64,000 nt of DNA, from assembly GCA_016748015.1 (NCBI GenBank), contig JAAOMT010000597.1:571176-635175 (forward strand), in the 5' to 3' direction. Positions 53,058 to 64,000 of the stretch are shown piece after piece. The stretch's first letter is position 1, and every line of letters starts with the position of its first letter. Source of the stretch: Geosiphon pyriformis uo1. Taxonomy: Eukaryota; Fungi; Glomeromycota. The notes beneath the pieces are model-generated. The model worked only from the letters and a program-made list of their open reading frames with translations, made no database searches and was not told the DNA's origin. Made by a program: the position numbers and the translations under genes.

Positions 53058-56000
53058 TAGTTAGTTTGAATATTGTTTTTTGCTACTAAAAATATTATTT
53101 TAGTTGTAACTTGTTTGGCTACTTTAACAAGATTTTGCTATTTTAAATTGTTTATAATATTAAACAATAAGCTTATATTATCTTTAATTTATTTATTGTT
53201 AATAATAAATTATATATAATTGGTTTTAATCTATACTCTATTAATTTAAATAGATGTAACTTTAGCAATTTTATTATTACTATTATTATAAATATTAGAC
53301 TTTGGTCACATAAAAATTTATTGATTTTTGAAATTTTTTTTAACAACCCAAGGAAATTGTTATATTGCAGTTGCAGAGAATAAAAGAATTTGCAGATTTT
53401 TGTAAAATTTTTAATCACCAAATTTTTGTAAAATTTCTTAAAATTTTATTTTGGCAGATTGTTTAAAGTTTTTAATTTGGTAAAAAAAATAATATTTAAG
53501 TTAATTTTAAAACTAATTCTTGTTTTTTGAATCTTGTATAATTTTAAAACTTACTTGTTCGGTTTTTTAATTGCAAGTTTTTTGTTAATTAAATTAAAAT
53601 CATTAATATTAATCAAAATTTAGCTCAGAAATTATCATAAAATTATCTCTGATTTTTATTATTAACTTAGCAGTAACTAAAAATTTCACAAATTATATTA
53701 ATTGTTTAATTATTAGTTTTAATTTACAAATATAATTAGATTAAACATTATTATAAAATAATAAAAATTTTAAGCAGTTTAGGCAGATAAAAGCTATGAT
53801 TCAATTCCAAGCCCATTTTTGCTTATAATTTCAGCATTTCGAGAAATCTTTATTATTATTAGCTAATCACTAAAAAGTGATGGATATTAAAATTCTAAAA
53901 ACTTGAAATTCTATTTTTTATTTCAAACTTTAAAGTCAACAATTATTTTTTATTGAAAGTATACCTATGAAAGTGATTAAAATTTATCAAAAATATGCTG
54001 TTTTGTATGTTTTTATATATTAAATGTTTTCAGAAATTGACAAGTTTTTAACTAGAAATATATAAGCTAAATCACATATTTGAAAATTTTAGATTTGTTC
54101 GTCATATTTAAACCGCTTCACCCCGCTAATTCAGATAAAATATATTTTAACTTTTTATTGTGATCAAATAAAATTCTTTCATTTTAGATTAAAATCAACT
54201 TTTTATTAGAATAGTTTGAAAAGTAAAAAAACTTGCTTGTTTAATTTATTGAATAAATAACTGTTAAAAAATAATTAATATTTGTTATTGAATTTCAAAA
54301 ATAATAGAATTATAACTGTAAACTATTTTTCTAATTTTTAATTTTTATAAAAAAAATTAACGACTGTAATTTATGACTAATTACATTAATTGAATTATTC
54401 ATCTATTTAATTTGTTCTTTATTAAGATTTTTCTTGATTAATTATATTGTTTTTAATTACTTTTAACTTTAATATTTCCTAGCTTTTTGCTTTAACCTGT
54501 AACATAAAAATAATGCTCTTTGTAAGGTTATTGAATTTATTTGTTATTTATTTTGCTATTTATTTTTTAAGCAAATATATATTTCTGTTACAAAAAACCA
54601 AACTACATTATACTGCTTATCTTGAACAAGTAAAAACCATTTGCTTTTTTTGCTTAATTTGTTATTTAGTTAAATAAGAAAATATTATTTTTCAATATTA
54701 AAAATAAGATTAAAATATTGGCGAACAAATATTTGTTTATCCAAATACATTACTCTTAATTTCCATAAAATCTAAAATAAACAATATTTATAAATTGTCA
54801 AAATTTGGCTAAGATATTAATTAAGTCAAAAAACATAATATTGAACTTAGTTTTTTTTGGATGTTAAATGCTGTTTTTCCAATTTTTAGAATCTATTCTA
54901 CTTTTTAATAATTAATGGTTAAATTTAAGGTCCTATTTATATTTTTTAAAAACATTTAACATTTTAATATTGTTAAGTTTTCTGTAATCTGTTTTTTTGT
55001 TTTTTTTTTAACAAAAGCAACTGGTAAAATTTAAAATTCATAAATAATTAAATAAAATTATTATTAAGCGTTTATTGTATATTTTTAATAAATTAATAAC
55101 TGATAGATAATAATTTGTATATTTGTTAACAAATTGATTAAGCATTTTTAGTGTACATGTAATGTTAAATTAAATCAGTTTTTCCAAAAATTTTATTATT
55201 TGGGTAAAAATATTTGAATACTTAATAATAAACTGTATGAGTTGCAATTGCTGATGTGGTTTTATTTTTTTATGTTAATTTTGAAAAAGTTTTTGAAAAA
55301 AAAAATCGTCTTTAAAATTAAATGTAAAGTTATTTATTTTGAAAACCATCGCTATGTATAATTTCAATATTTGTTACATTGTATAAAATAACTAAATATT
55401 TATTAAGATTGTAAAATATTATTTAAAAATTTTAATTGAATATTTTTGTTTATATAATTTAAAATTTGTTTAGTAGTAATAAGTTAAGAGTAAATATAAA
55501 TTTTTTGGTATATCTTTAAAAAAATTGTGATTGGTTAAAGTAGTTTTAACATTTAATGCTATTTATTTTAAGAATTCAAAATTTTATAACTGAAATAGTA
55601 AATTAAGTAACAGAGTCAAATTCTTGAATTTTACATTTATTAATGCCTAATTTCTTAGATTTTAAATCAATTGTAAACCCAAAATTTGGGTTAAAGTAAA
55701 AATTATAACTTAAAGAAACTTTCTTTGGTTTAATTGTAAATAAATGTTATTGAAATATATACTAAATAAAAAAACATATAATCAAAAATACTAGTATGTT
55801 CAGATTTTTAAAAAAATTAAGAACCATTTTTTATAATAGTTTAGAATAATGTTCTCAAGAAGTTGTAAAATTATTTTTACAATTCCAAAATAATTTATAA
55901 ATTAACAACAATTTATATAAATAAAGAAAACAAAGATAAGAATAAAAAATTTGAATACATTTTTTCTTACTTTAAAAAGTTGCAAATTACAATTTTTAAA

Positions 56001-57404
56001 TAAACACTAAAATCTATTATAGAATAGCTAGCAAATACTATTTTTATTTAAAACACAACAAATTTAATAATTAAAGCAGATAAAAGTTCAATTATATTAA
56101 TAATTTATTATTTTTGGTGATAACCATTAGTGTTTAGAATATCATGTTATTAATTTATTAAAAAACTAAATTCGAAAAAGCGGGATCAATTATTTTCAGT
56201 ACAGCTTAAATACTTTATTAATAGTAGACTAAAAATCAAACCAAAGAAACTTACAAAAATTATGGTCTAAATTGCTTACAAATTATTATTAAAAAGTAAA
56301 AAATCAATGCTATAAAAGCTGAATACATTGACAATTTATTTAATAATATTTTCGACAAAGTATTAATTTTTATTTCAAATTGTTTTTCTAATTGAATGTA
56401 GTTTGCAAAGTCTTTTTCGAAAGGTAAATAGGATTAAATAGAAGATAAAATTTTGTTATAATTATTGCATATTAAAAATATATGCTTTTTTTAATCTTGA
56501 TTTTAATATTATAATTTGATTTTCAATATATTTTGCAGATTTTATATTGGTTTGGTTTTTTTTTAAAATTCCAAATTATTATTTAAATAAGTATAAAACT
56601 ATTTGCAATATTTTAAACTTGTTGTTTTAGTAATTATCACTTTAATTGGTATATTAATTTTAGGAAAGCATTAAATGTTACTGAAAGTATTTTTATTACT
56701 AAATATTTTTAGAAGTGATTGCTGGTATTTGAATGTTTATTAGAAGTGTTTTGTTGTTTTCTTCTAATAACTGAAAAGTTACTTTTGTTTTTAATTGCTG
56801 TATTTGTAATGTCTGAATTTTTTGTAGATTGTTTTATAGTATTGTTATTTGTATACTAGTAATTTTTTATTTGTCATTGAGATAACTATTTCGTTTCTGT
56901 TTTAAAACCGCTGTTTAAAAGTTCACAAATAGTCCAGCTACTCAATATAATTTTAAGAAGTCATATTTTGTGTGAAGGTCTTTAGATTTAATAATTGATT
57001 TATAAAAATAAAGCAATAAACAAAATTGTTTTTATTATGTTTTTGTTATATATATTAATTTAAAGATTTTAAAGCCAGTTATTAAGTATAACAATATTAA
57101 ACATTATTCAAAATATTATTAAAATATTATATTTACATTAAAAAAAATGATTTAGACGTATTTTAATTTTTGTAAATACCAATTCGGGTGCCAATAAACT
57201 ATTTGTGGGAATTGCATTTAGACACCTTACTCAAAAACTGAATATTCGACAAATTTTAATGAAAAACTATTTAAAACCAATAAAGTTAACCTTCACGAAG
57301 AAATATGAAAAAATGAATCATCTTCAATTTTGAAATCAATTAATTTCTTACTAAAAATTGCTTGTTATTGATATCTGCACAAGTTAAATCTTTTAATTCA
57401 TCAA

Positions 57405-59246
57405 TTAAGTGATATTTTTGTTGGCTAAATTTTTATCAGGGTCGCCAAAATATTCAAACTCAATCTCTTCAAGCGAACAATTTGTAGCAATTATGTCACT
57501 TTCTTGATCTTTGCCCATATCTAAAAGGATATTATATAATGTTACATAGCAATGGTGCATAGTTGGCCTTTTTTCAGGATCCTGATGCCACGCTTGAGCC
57601 ATTAATTCTAGATATTTCGGCGGGATATGTGGAACTTTGTTGCTAGGACGTTCACCCCCTTTGATTTTCTCTGGAATTTGCCTATTTTCCACATCACCAA
57701 AGGGTAATCTTTGAGCAGCAATTTCCCATAGAACAATTGCATAACTGAATTTTTTAAAAATGGGTTGAATTCTTTTCTCCTTTGAATTATAAGGAAAAAA
57801 AACTTATGAATTTACCTATATACATCAGAAGCCTTAGTGTAACGAGCAGAACGATTCACAATTCTTTCGGGAGATACCCACCTACATTTGAAAATTTTAT
57901 AAGATTTTCAAACATATAAAAACTTTGAAATCAATATACGCACCTAATAATTGAGAGGAGCTCCAAGATTGGCTTCCTAAAAATATCTTCTTCTTTGTGA
58001 GCATGTGCAAAATTCGCAAGTTTGGCATTCAAGTTTTCATCGAGCAAGATATTGTGACTAATTTTTTTAAAGGTGGAATGCAAGCGTTAATCCAGAGAAA
58101 TCAAAATGCCAAAATTTTGTTTTATAAGATAAAATTAAAATGAATACCTTCTCACATCATGATGAACTATGTTGGAGAAATGACAAAAAGTCAGTGCCCC
58201 TGCAATTTGATACGCAATCTTTGCTTTTTGGTTCCAACTCAAAATATGGGCTTCGCTTTCAATTTCAAAGAAAGATTTCATATCCCCATTTTTGACCCAC
58301 TCGGTAATAGTATACCGCTCGCCATCTCGCTCGACTATACCATAACTTTATTGAAAGAAAATAAGTTGGAGCTTTAAATCAATTTGTTGGAATCAAAATA
58401 TCTGTCTGCTCACAATTTCAAGATCCCTTGGGCTTTTTCTAATTGCCTCCAAATCGCAATTTCTCGCCAAAAATCCTCATCATTGCCTTTGCCTGCTTTT
58501 CCAACATGCTTTTCCGCTACTTGTCCATATGTTCGGTGAAGTCTTTTTTTTATATGGTATTTGCTGCCGCGAACGACGCGAAATTTTTCTTCAGGGTTAT
58601 CGAAAATATCCTCAATTGGAATCTTGCTTTGACCAAGCGCTTCACTCAGTGGGGCATTGTCCTGAATAGCAGTCATACGAGCTGAGGCAACTTGGAGATC
58701 GTGAGTGGGCTTTCTGCGTGGGATTTTACGCTCGTTTTTGGGTGAATCCTTTTTTGAGGGGACAATCTCAGCAACCGCATCATCCAATTTTATTTTTAAT
58801 TCAAGGTACCTTTTAGCAATCTAAAGTCAAGTCAAAGCAATGCATCAAAGATCGATCTATTTGGATAAACAATTTTTTTTACAAAGTTGTTTCGAAATCT
58901 TATATACGTCGTTAGCATCCCATAGCTTCATTTTCACAGTCGGATCATCCTTTTGCTGCTTAATAAATTCAAGAATTGCTTTTAACGAATTGTTGTAATT
59001 TTCACTTGGCTCTAGACCTGATATTTTTTCTTCAGATAAAGACACTTCATTTGCCAATTTTTTACAAGTCGTCTTATTATATTCTGCCTTATTTTCCGCA
59101 GTTAGGATGGCCTTTACCAAGTCAGGTGTTTTTTGAGTGACTGGATTGCATTATTTTATTGGTAAGTTGTTATTCAAGGAAGAAAATTGGGTACTTAATA
59201 CTCTCTAAAATATACCATCGTAAACCGAGTGATTTTGTTGAAACAT
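57405..59246 (-). CDS. MLKL-like protein A: N-terminal helical bundle, linker and TKL-type pseudokinase, 462 aa; exons 59246-59216, 59140-58908, 58820-58414, 58345-58148, 58057-57944, 57881-57816, 57744-57405
   Basis: Six GT-AG introns give an open 1389-nt CDS; NKTTCKKLA and IAKRYLELKIKLDDA in the N-domain; VAEK, REIAIW, HHDVRSHNILL, AKLANFA, WVSPE, SDVYSYAIVLWEI, AWHQDPEKRP; exon 1 is the least certain. Confidence 0.85.
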
Positions 59247-59605
59247 TTGGACGCTTTATTTTAAGTACTGCGAACGAATTTTCCAAGGAAATAAAGGCGA
59301 AATTGGTAATTTTTTCGATTTGATATTTTGTCTGCGAAAAGACGGTTCTTTTATCAGATGGCTGTTACCTTTCTAAGAAACGTAGGATAGAACGTCAGAA
59401 GATAGGATCAATGATTCCGATTTATGTGAAACCGCGCCATGTTCTATGTGAAACTTTCAAGTCCGTACTCCAAATTGTCGATCAAACAAGTTGGAACCCT
59501 AATAGCTCACTGGCAATACAATGATGGTTAAAAAAAACCAAGCCATTTACCGAATCATTTCTTTCGAAACTACATTTTAGCCTGTTAATCACATTTTTTC
59601 AGCAA
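59247..59605. promoter_or_regulatory. Putative bidirectional promoter of the MLKL-like pair (359 bp)
   Basis: Lies between the divergent ATGs; CpG retained; central direct repeat TATGTGAAAC at 59423-59432 and 59445-59454. Confidence 0.55.
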
Positions 59606-61961
59606 ATGAGCGATTACCTTAAAACCAGCCTTACTATTACTCGGCAAGCATTCCAACTTGCAGGTTGGTTTAACAAGACTCAAATATTGCCTTTTGAGAA
59701 GATTTGAACAAGAACGACACTTTTGGTTACAAAGATATTTCAAATGTAAAATGATAGGAATTGGGGCTGGAGAAGTCATTGTCGATATTTTAAAAGATAT
59801 TTTAGAGGCGAAAGAAAAGATCAAACAGAATAAGAAAAACTGTAAAAGATTAATAAAAGTTGTTCAAACTTGTCAAGAGGAAATAAATAATAGAATTACG
59901 CCTGAAAATTTCGGGCAGTACAATCCCCAAAGTTATATTGACGCTCTTAAGGCTATTCGAGATTTTCTTGATTTGCGCAAATATTGAAAGTGAATGAGGT
60001 AGTTTTATAAATTCATCAGCAGTATATAAATTTTCTAAAGTTTAATTTTGAATTTCACTGAATTATAAGGTCACCACCAAGATTACTGAGTTAAAGGAAG
60101 ATTTAGATGAGGCTGTTGACAGGCTTACCCTTAACGTGGTTCTCCAAATTGGTGAGGATCAGAAAGAAATGAACAGGAAAATGATTCAAATGATTGCTAT
60201 CCATGATGATGCCCCACTTGATGACCAAATTTTGAATGAAATAACCATCTCGGATGCGCATATTGCCGATGATCCGAAGGAACAGTTTGCACGTCGTCTT
60301 TTGGGCAGTCGAAGTCATGTAGTAAAAAGGTATTACGCAGAAGAAAATGTACCAGTTGCAGAAAAACAAATCGCCAAGAGAGTTGCAGACCAAGAAAAAG
60401 ACTTCTTGAAAGAAATTGCCTTATGGCGGTTGTTGAACAACGTGACAGGCATTTTGAGACTGTATGTTCCCAATTATCTTATTACTTACGCAAGACAGAT
60501 GAATTATTTTCGAAGTAGTTTCAGCATCAAAATTGTTGATTTTAATATAATTATGGTTTCGTTGAACGCAACGGTGAAAGGTATATTATTACGGAATGGG
60601 CAAAAAATGGTGATTTGGAAAAGTATTTGGCAGATCCAAATAATACTCTGACATGGATTGAAAAAGTCAAAATAGGCGGTCAAATTGCAAATGCATTATA
60701 CTTCTGCCATGTTCAAGATGTGCTTCACCATGACGTTCGAAGGTTTGTAATGTTTCAAAAAAATTTAGACTTTTGAACTGAGTCTAAAAACAGCATTTCT
60801 CTTTAAATTAAAGCCACAACATTTTATTGGATGAAGACCTAAATGCCAAACTAACTAATTTCGAAAATTCTCGGAAAGAAACTGATGATTCGAAATCTAT
60901 ATCTGATACATTCACTGAAGCCAGGTAAAGGCTCCAATATTTTTATAATTTCAATATGATATTAAGGATCTTGTATTTCAGAATTTTATCAACCAAATTT
61001 TTTTCTCACTGCAGGTGGACAGCCCCAGAGAAACTAGCAGATAGTAAAACTCGCTATTCAAAAGCATGCGATGCATATAGGTATATCAAATAAATCCTAA
61101 TGAGTTATTATTAATTTCGCTCTCTAATCAATATCTTGTTCATGTTGATTTTAAATCCCATATTCAAGCTTTGCAATTGTCCTTTGGGAACTGGCTACTC
61201 AACAAATACCCTATGGAAATATTGAAAGGCCCTACTTGATAGGAAAAATTCTAGATGGGGAAAGACCCAACTCTGATATCCCCAACATGCCACCACAATA
61301 TAAGGAATTGATGATTCAAGGCTGGTCTTCAAATTATTGGAAACGGCCTAAAATGAGCTATGCCTTCTGTAATCTAGAACGACTCTTCAAAGAGATGCAG
61401 ATACAAAATACAAAAATATCTACTTCCGATATCAGTCTTGACCAAATTTCAACAAACTTCCTGTTAAGTCTTTATAATCCTGATGAAGAATCAGATTCTC
61501 CTATACCAAACATTGCCACCGCCATCTGTCACTACAAAGCCGAAAAATTCAAAGAGGCCTGGGAAATTTTTAAATATTTTCTGGAGCAAGGAAATGTGAC
61601 GGCAAAATTCTACGCTGGTTATTACTTTTTTGAGGGTAAAGATCCGGTTCCAAAAAATAAACGACGAGCCTTGGAGTTATGGCGCCAAGCTGCTGACTGT
61701 GGTGATAGAGATTCTCAATACCAGTTTTCTCTTACTTGCATGACACTACAGACAACGAGAGAACAAAAGGAATTGGCATCAAAATACTTCAAGATGGCAC
61801 TCAAGAAAGATCATCCTGGTGCTCTGTACAATTACGGATTGGATCTTTTCAAGAAAAAAAAATTCACTGAAAGTGAGAAATACTTAAAGAGAGCTAGTGA
61901 GATGGGGCATAAAAACGCGTTATCAAAATTGGATGAATTAAAAAGGCAGCATGACTTTTAA
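59606..61961 (+). pseudogene. MLKL-like protein B: helical bundle, pseudokinase and Sel1 repeats, 617 aa if repaired; exons 59606-59663, 59758-59998, 60070-60461, 60551-60742, 60814-60924, 61015-61080, 61169-61961; apparently disrupted or mis-assembled
   Basis: Same intron phases as gene A; NKKNCKRLI, VAEK, HHDVRSHNILL, AKLTNFE, WTAPE; Sel1 motifs AKFYAGYYFFEG..ALELWRQAADCG, YFKMALKKDHPGALYNYG, YLKRASEMGH; exon 2 is 1 nt short near 59986 and the intron 3 acceptor reads AA at 60549-60550. Confidence 0.75.
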
Positions 61962-63215
61962 ACCCAATCGTTAAAAGGAATACTTGAAGATAGCATGATT
62001 TTTCATAAACTTTTGTTTGGATTCAGAAATCATCAACCAAAATAGAAAGCTGAAAGTTGATTATACATTTTGTTGCACGAAATTTCGAAAATGTGATATA
62101 TTAAAATAGACTCCAAAAGGAAAGTATTCGATCAAAATTAGATATTAAACTAAATTTCGCACTTCTGAAGGAGTGAGGACTGTTTAAATAAAATTTTTAT
62201 ATTAGAATATTATTAGTTTTAAAAATCATATTAAGATATAATTATCAATGAGGTGAATGCAACTAATAGTTTAAAGTGCAATCAGCTTTTAATGGGATTT
62301 CTTAATGTTATCTATTACTATAACATGAAAATCCACTTTCGTTTTATAGAAAAAATTTCCAGTAACCATAATTACATGAAAAACTTGAGTGCACAAATGT
62401 TCATCATACATATTCAGAAAGCTGTTTAGCTCAAGAAAATAAACCAAGTTCTATTTTCCAGCAAATTATATTAAATTGATGTTTTGAAAATTTACCAAGC
62501 ATAAGAAAATGGTCAAAATATAAAATATCTAATTTTTTATGTATTTAATCCTGTTTTGGCTTTATTTACTTCTCAAACTACGTATAAATAAAATTTCACT
62601 AAATTTGTTTCTTTTCATGTAAAACAAGAAGGTAATTTAAGAATTTATGTGAGTTGAATACTTGGTTTTTATCAGCTCTTAAAATGATTTCAAATAATAG
62701 AAATATTATGTGTAACTACACACTGTTTAATTTTTAAGACTTTGACTTTGTTTAAAATCCTGGATACCAAAATTTAGTTAAAATTTTATAATAAAATACC
62801 ATATCTATCAGTATAAAATATTTATTCCTTGAGATAAAAATTTTTTAATAAATCCATTTGAGTTACGTCATATTACTTGAATAAATAGTGATCATATGAA
62901 TGTTTATTTTGTTTAACATGTTTCCATTTTGGTCTATTTCTGAATTTTTGCTTATCTAAACGTGTGAATGAAAAAATCATCTTTATTCATTTCACTAAAT
63001 TGGTAAGGTTCGCTTATTGTATGTCTAGAGCAGTTGTTCTATAGCCATTTTAATCAACCAAATAGGATCAAAAAGAAAGCTTCAGTGCCGCTGGTTACAC
63101 TAAATTTTAGAGTAAATCATTTATAAACGTTGGTTCTTCCACATCTATTTTATTTTCCCTAGTCAATTCTGGTTTAACGAGTGCCTTATAATAGGAAATT
63201 ACTTCGCTAAATATC

Positions 63216-64000
63216 ATGCAACTTTACGGCCTTATATATCATGTGGAGTCAACGACAGAAGAAGCTCTTGTGCCATTACAAAATGTAGCTGTCGAAGCAA
63301 ATAGTATGTATTTTTACCTTTGATACTTGTATATTCACATTGATTCTGTCTCTTATCAACCAAAAATTTCTATGAATAATTTTTTTAGTAGTTGATATGA
63401 TTTCTGAAGGTATAAATTCTTTTCTCATCCTTTTGTTGGAGAATATGAACTGTATGTGATCTTAACTAAATATCCTTGCTTCATAGTTACCATTTCCCAA
63501 ACATATAAAAATCTCGAAGAGCACATCATTGATGCCTCCTACAGATTTCCAATTTATGAGGGAGCAGCTATTTGTGGTTTTGAAGCCGAAATAGATGGTA
63601 AAAGGGTAATCAAAGGTGTTGTTAAAGAATCAAAAGAAGCTGCAAAAGAATACAAAGAGGCTGTTTCAGTGAGTTCTGGTTTTTCTTTTTGAAGAATTTT
63701 AAATAACCATTTTCATGTCTAAAATCTCGAGTTTCTTTTCTATGTGGCCCTTAGCAAGGTTTTGGTGCCTATTTATTAGAAGAGCAATTTGCAGATGTTT
63801 TTGTATGCTCTATCGGAAATGTAAGCCCCGGACAAACCGTAATAATTCGAATTACATATGTCAGCGAACTTAAGCATGATGCTGAAACGGAAAAAATTCG
63901 TTTCGTGTTGCCGACTGTGGTATCTCCAAGATATGGAAATGATTCGCTTTCCCCATTGAATCCCACCGCAAATGATGGAAAAGAATTACAATCCAGTCAG
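63216..64000 (+). CDS. VIT (vault protein inter-alpha-trypsin) domain protein, probably VIT-vWA/VWA5A-like, 3' part outside the window; exons 63216-63303, 63389-63409, 63487-63668, 63755-end
   Basis: Spliced product LVPLQNVAVEANIVDMISEVTISQTYKN..IDASYRFPIYEGAAICGFEAEIDGKRVIKGVVKESKEAAKEYKEAVSQGFGAYLLEEQ..DVFVCSIGNVSPGQ..ITYVSEL..RFVLPTVVSPRY. Confidence 0.9.

Noticed and set aside
53058-57300. AT-rich stretch with ORF 53173-53421 and an 8-bp inverted repeat at 55676-55692
   Set aside because: Probably decayed repeat DNA, but I could not recognise any motif; such ORFs and palindromes are expected at this composition
59122-59151. ATG at 59151 as the start of gene A with a frameshift
   Set aside because: It is out of frame; a 75-nt phase-1 intron to the ATG at 59246 gives an open frame and mirrors the first intron of gene B
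59658-59987. 109-aa ORF as a standalone gene
   Set aside because: It comprises intron 1 and exon 2 of gene B; its end results from the apparent 1-nt deletion

Overview
Eukaryotic (fungal) genomic DNA with short 62-94 nt introns. The TE protein families and the MLKL-like kinase/Sel1 genes point to a Glomeromycotina fungus, most reminiscent of Geosiphon pyriformis; this is recognition, not a search result. Positions 1-49,000 are a nested transposon graveyard. It holds four large copies of one LINE family (ORF1 RRM/CCHC; ORF2 APE-RT-RNaseH-CCHC) plus older fragments, three truncated Ty3/Gypsy elements, and three solo LTRs with 4-bp TSDs. The Gypsy elements carry a conserved unknown reading frame between integrase and the 3' LTR (all three), a dUTPase (two) and a Cys-rich pol insert (one). 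All TE copies are decayed by heavy C>T/G>A mutation, including non-CpG (CpA) sites. Positions 49,000-64,000 contain host genes: a 2-exon Con-6-like gene missed by the ORF track, a Tc1/mariner relic, and the 5' part of a VIT-domain gene. The most notable feature is a head-to-head pair of paralogous 7-exon genes 359 bp apart. Both encode an MLKL-type N-terminal helical bundle plus a pseudokinase (DFG replaced by NFA or NFE); one also has C-terminal Sel1 repeats. This is a candidate sensor/executioner cell-death pair. The Sel1 copy carries two apparent lesions (a 1-nt frameshift and an AG>AA acceptor change). All gene models were read by eye, and boundaries inside AT-rich relics are approximate.
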